Source: Octopus vulgaris
Taxonomy: Eukaryota
Direction: 5' to 3'
Assembly: GCA_951406725.2 (NCBI GenBank)
Contig: OX597823.1
Location: forward strand, 620,001-684,000
DNA length: 64,000 nt
Part shown: positions 62,021 through 64,000 of the stretch, in pieces
How the letters are laid out: every line of letters begins with the position of its first letter
Numbering within the stretch: position 1 is the first letter of the stretch
Position numbers and translations under genes: made by a program
The notes under the pieces: generated by a model
What the model saw: the letters and a program-made list of their open reading frames with translations, nothing else
Told to the model about the DNA's origin: nothing
The model's database searches: none

Positions 62021-62335
62021 CTAGTCCCCTACCCCCAAATTGCTGGCCTTGTGCCTACAGTAGAAAGGTTGAGGAAAAAGAATAATAAATGAATTCTATC
62101 CTACAATCAAGAGAAACCCTTGCCCAAACCCAGGCAAAACCAAAATCGTCCCCATTGTCCCCATGCTGACTTCATAGCAATATCCATTCCTGGACTGACT
62201 CCCGCATCCATCGCAAATAGGTGCAGCTTCTTTTCTGTTTTTCCTCCCTTTTTTTTTTTATCTTTAAATCCTCTCCTTCAAACACTCAGACATCGAAATC
62301 AACAACCATCCTCATCCTCATTATTATTATTATTA

Positions 62336-62610
62336 GCCCTGACTGGCTTCCGTGCCGGTGGCACGTAAAAAGCGCCATCCGACTGTGGCTGTTTGCCAGC
62401 CTCGTCTGGCACCTGTGCCGGTGGCACGTAAAAAGCACCCACTACACTCATGGAGTAGTTGGCGTTAAGAAGGGCATCCAGCAGTAGAAACATTGCCAGA
62501 TCAGACTGGGCCTGGTGCAGTCTTCTGGCTTCCCAGACCCCAGTTGCACCGTCCAACCCATGCTAGCATGGAAAGCGGACGCTAAACGATGATGATGATG
62601 ATGATGATGA
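62336..62610 (+). mobile_element. RTE LINE 3' terminal fragment, (GAT)n tail, inserted in a (TTA)n tract
   Basis: Two GTGCCGGTGGCACGTAAAAAGC units, TTAAGAAGGGCATCCAG and CCATGCTAGCATGG; flanked by TTA repeats on both sides. Confidence 0.92.
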
Positions 62611-62727
62611 TTATTATTATCAAAGCAGCAAGATGGCAGAATTATTCGTGTACCAGGTGAAGTGCTTAGAAGTTTTCCTGGGGTTGTATAGCAGCGAAAA
62701 AAAACACTCACACACACACACACATAT

Positions 62728-63112
62728 AGGTGCAGGCAAGGCTGTGGGAGTTAAGGAATTTGCTTTGAAACCATGAGGCTGCAGGTTCAATCCCACTGCA
62801 TATCATCCTGGACACATGCATTCTGCCATAGCCTGAACCAACCAATATTTTTTTCAGTGAATTTGTTAGCCAGAAACTGTGTGGAAGCCCATCATATATG
62901 TGTGTGTGGGGGGGAGGCTTCCCTTGATATCACATGATGTTGTAAATCCCTGTTGTACAAGCAGTATCATTCATTTCCTGTTGAAAACATATCTAGTTAT
63001 AGGAAATATTCCCTTGCTTGAAAACAAGGGACAGTTAGCAACAGGAAAGGCATCCAACCACAGAAAATCTGCGCCTGTAGGATGCTTCCTGACCCATGAT
63101 GATGATGATGAC
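62728..63112 (+). mobile_element. SINE family A head with RTE-like tail (type 2)
   Basis: Head AGGTGCAGGCAAGGCTGTG...GGTTCAATCCCACTGC...GAAACTGTGTGGAAGCCCATC; tail GCAACAGGAAAGGCATCCAACCACAGAAAATCTG...ACCCATGATGATGATGAT. Confidence 0.75.
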
Positions 63113-63546
63113 ATATATATATAGAAGTACTATCATGGCTGAATATAAACACACACACGCACACACACGCACACGCACACACACACACACACACACAGAG
63201 ACAGAGAGAAAATTCTTCTCCTCTCTGGCTCTGGCTTTTATATTCTGTGACAATGTTCAATTTCTATCATGCTGAAAATCTTCAATAGAAATGTTTAAGA
63301 CACACTTATTTGTTTCAATGTTACCAATATTCACTCCACAATATGAGAGAGAGCAGCCATCTGTAAATGAATTCTACAGAATGCAGGAAGACATTCTTTA
63401 AGAATCGTTTGAAACCATTGTGCTGCAAACTTCTCTTGTCCAGTCCAATAACACCAGCTTAGTAAAACAAGTGTTACATAGATAGAAATGAAGTCTTCAT
63501 TCATGCATATATACATATGCATACATACATACATACAACATTCATA

Positions 63547-64000
63547 TGAGGGGGTACCCAAAAGAAACTGGAATTTTGCAGTATTATTTCCTTCCCTTAG
63601 TTCTATGTATTTACACTTTAATCGCTTTCAAAGTATTCTCCATTTGACGCACTCCATCAGTCCAAGCACGTTTTCTACTATTCAAAGCAGAGCTGCAACT
63701 CCTGCGAAGTGATGTCTTTTAACCTTTCCCTCGTTTCTTTTCTTCACCTCTTCCACATCTGCAAATTCCGTAGCACCAGTTTTCGTCACTAGTGATGACC
63801 TTCGAAAAAAAGGTCCGGATCAACTTCCGGCTGTTCTTTCAGTTCCATGACATGCATTCAGTTGTGACTGTTTCCGATCTTCTGTGAGTAAGTGTGGCAC
63901 AAATTTTGCTGCAACTTTTTCCATTCACAATTCCTCACTTGGAATTTGTTGGCAGGAGCTCCGGGAAACACCAGTCGTATCAGAAAGTTCATCAATTGTC
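63547..64000 (-). mobile_element. Mariner transposon remnant with internal deletion, runs off window end
   Basis: TA|TGAGGGGGTACCCAAAAGAAACTGGAAT TIR. Minus-strand translation TIDELSDTTGVSRSSCQQI..EEL*MEKVAAKFVPHLLTEDRK...VITSDENWCYG|FADVEEVKK...NGEYFESD* (stop at 63618). The DD34D core between WCYG and FADV is missing. Confidence 0.9.

Noticed and set aside
1-64000. A novel multi-gene biological system
   Set aside because: All identifiable coding sequence belongs to known, disrupted transposon classes. No intact gene cluster or unexplained long ORF is present.

Overview
This is AT-rich, microsatellite-laden eukaryotic DNA with no protein-coding host exon, structural RNA gene or prokaryotic-type system that I can support. 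It reads as an intron or intergenic stretch. The repeat families resemble those of octopus (coleoid cephalopod) genomes; that assignment is inferred from recalled repeat motifs and not checked. Every recognisable ORF belongs to a decayed transposon. Retroelements include many RTE-clade LINE copies (the longest, 45922-49327, has an AP endonuclease, RT and a C4HC3 PHD-like finger, with three ORF-breaking lesions), R4/Dong-clade fragments, a CR1-type LINE and several tRNA-derived SINE families. DNA elements include mariner remnants, hAT- and piggyBac-type MITEs and two non-autonomous Helitrons. The most interesting structures are (1) a four-level nested insertion at 11.5-15.5 kb, proven by a split hAT MITE with its 8-bp TSD, (2) a Helitron inside that nest carrying a captured, frameshifted LINE-ORF1-like gene fragment and a fully palindromic CTAG...CTAG terminus, and (3) a SINE head joined to two alternative tails, one of them RTE-derived. 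I did not find a convincing new biological system. Boundaries are read by eye and approximate unless a TSD or TIR is quoted.
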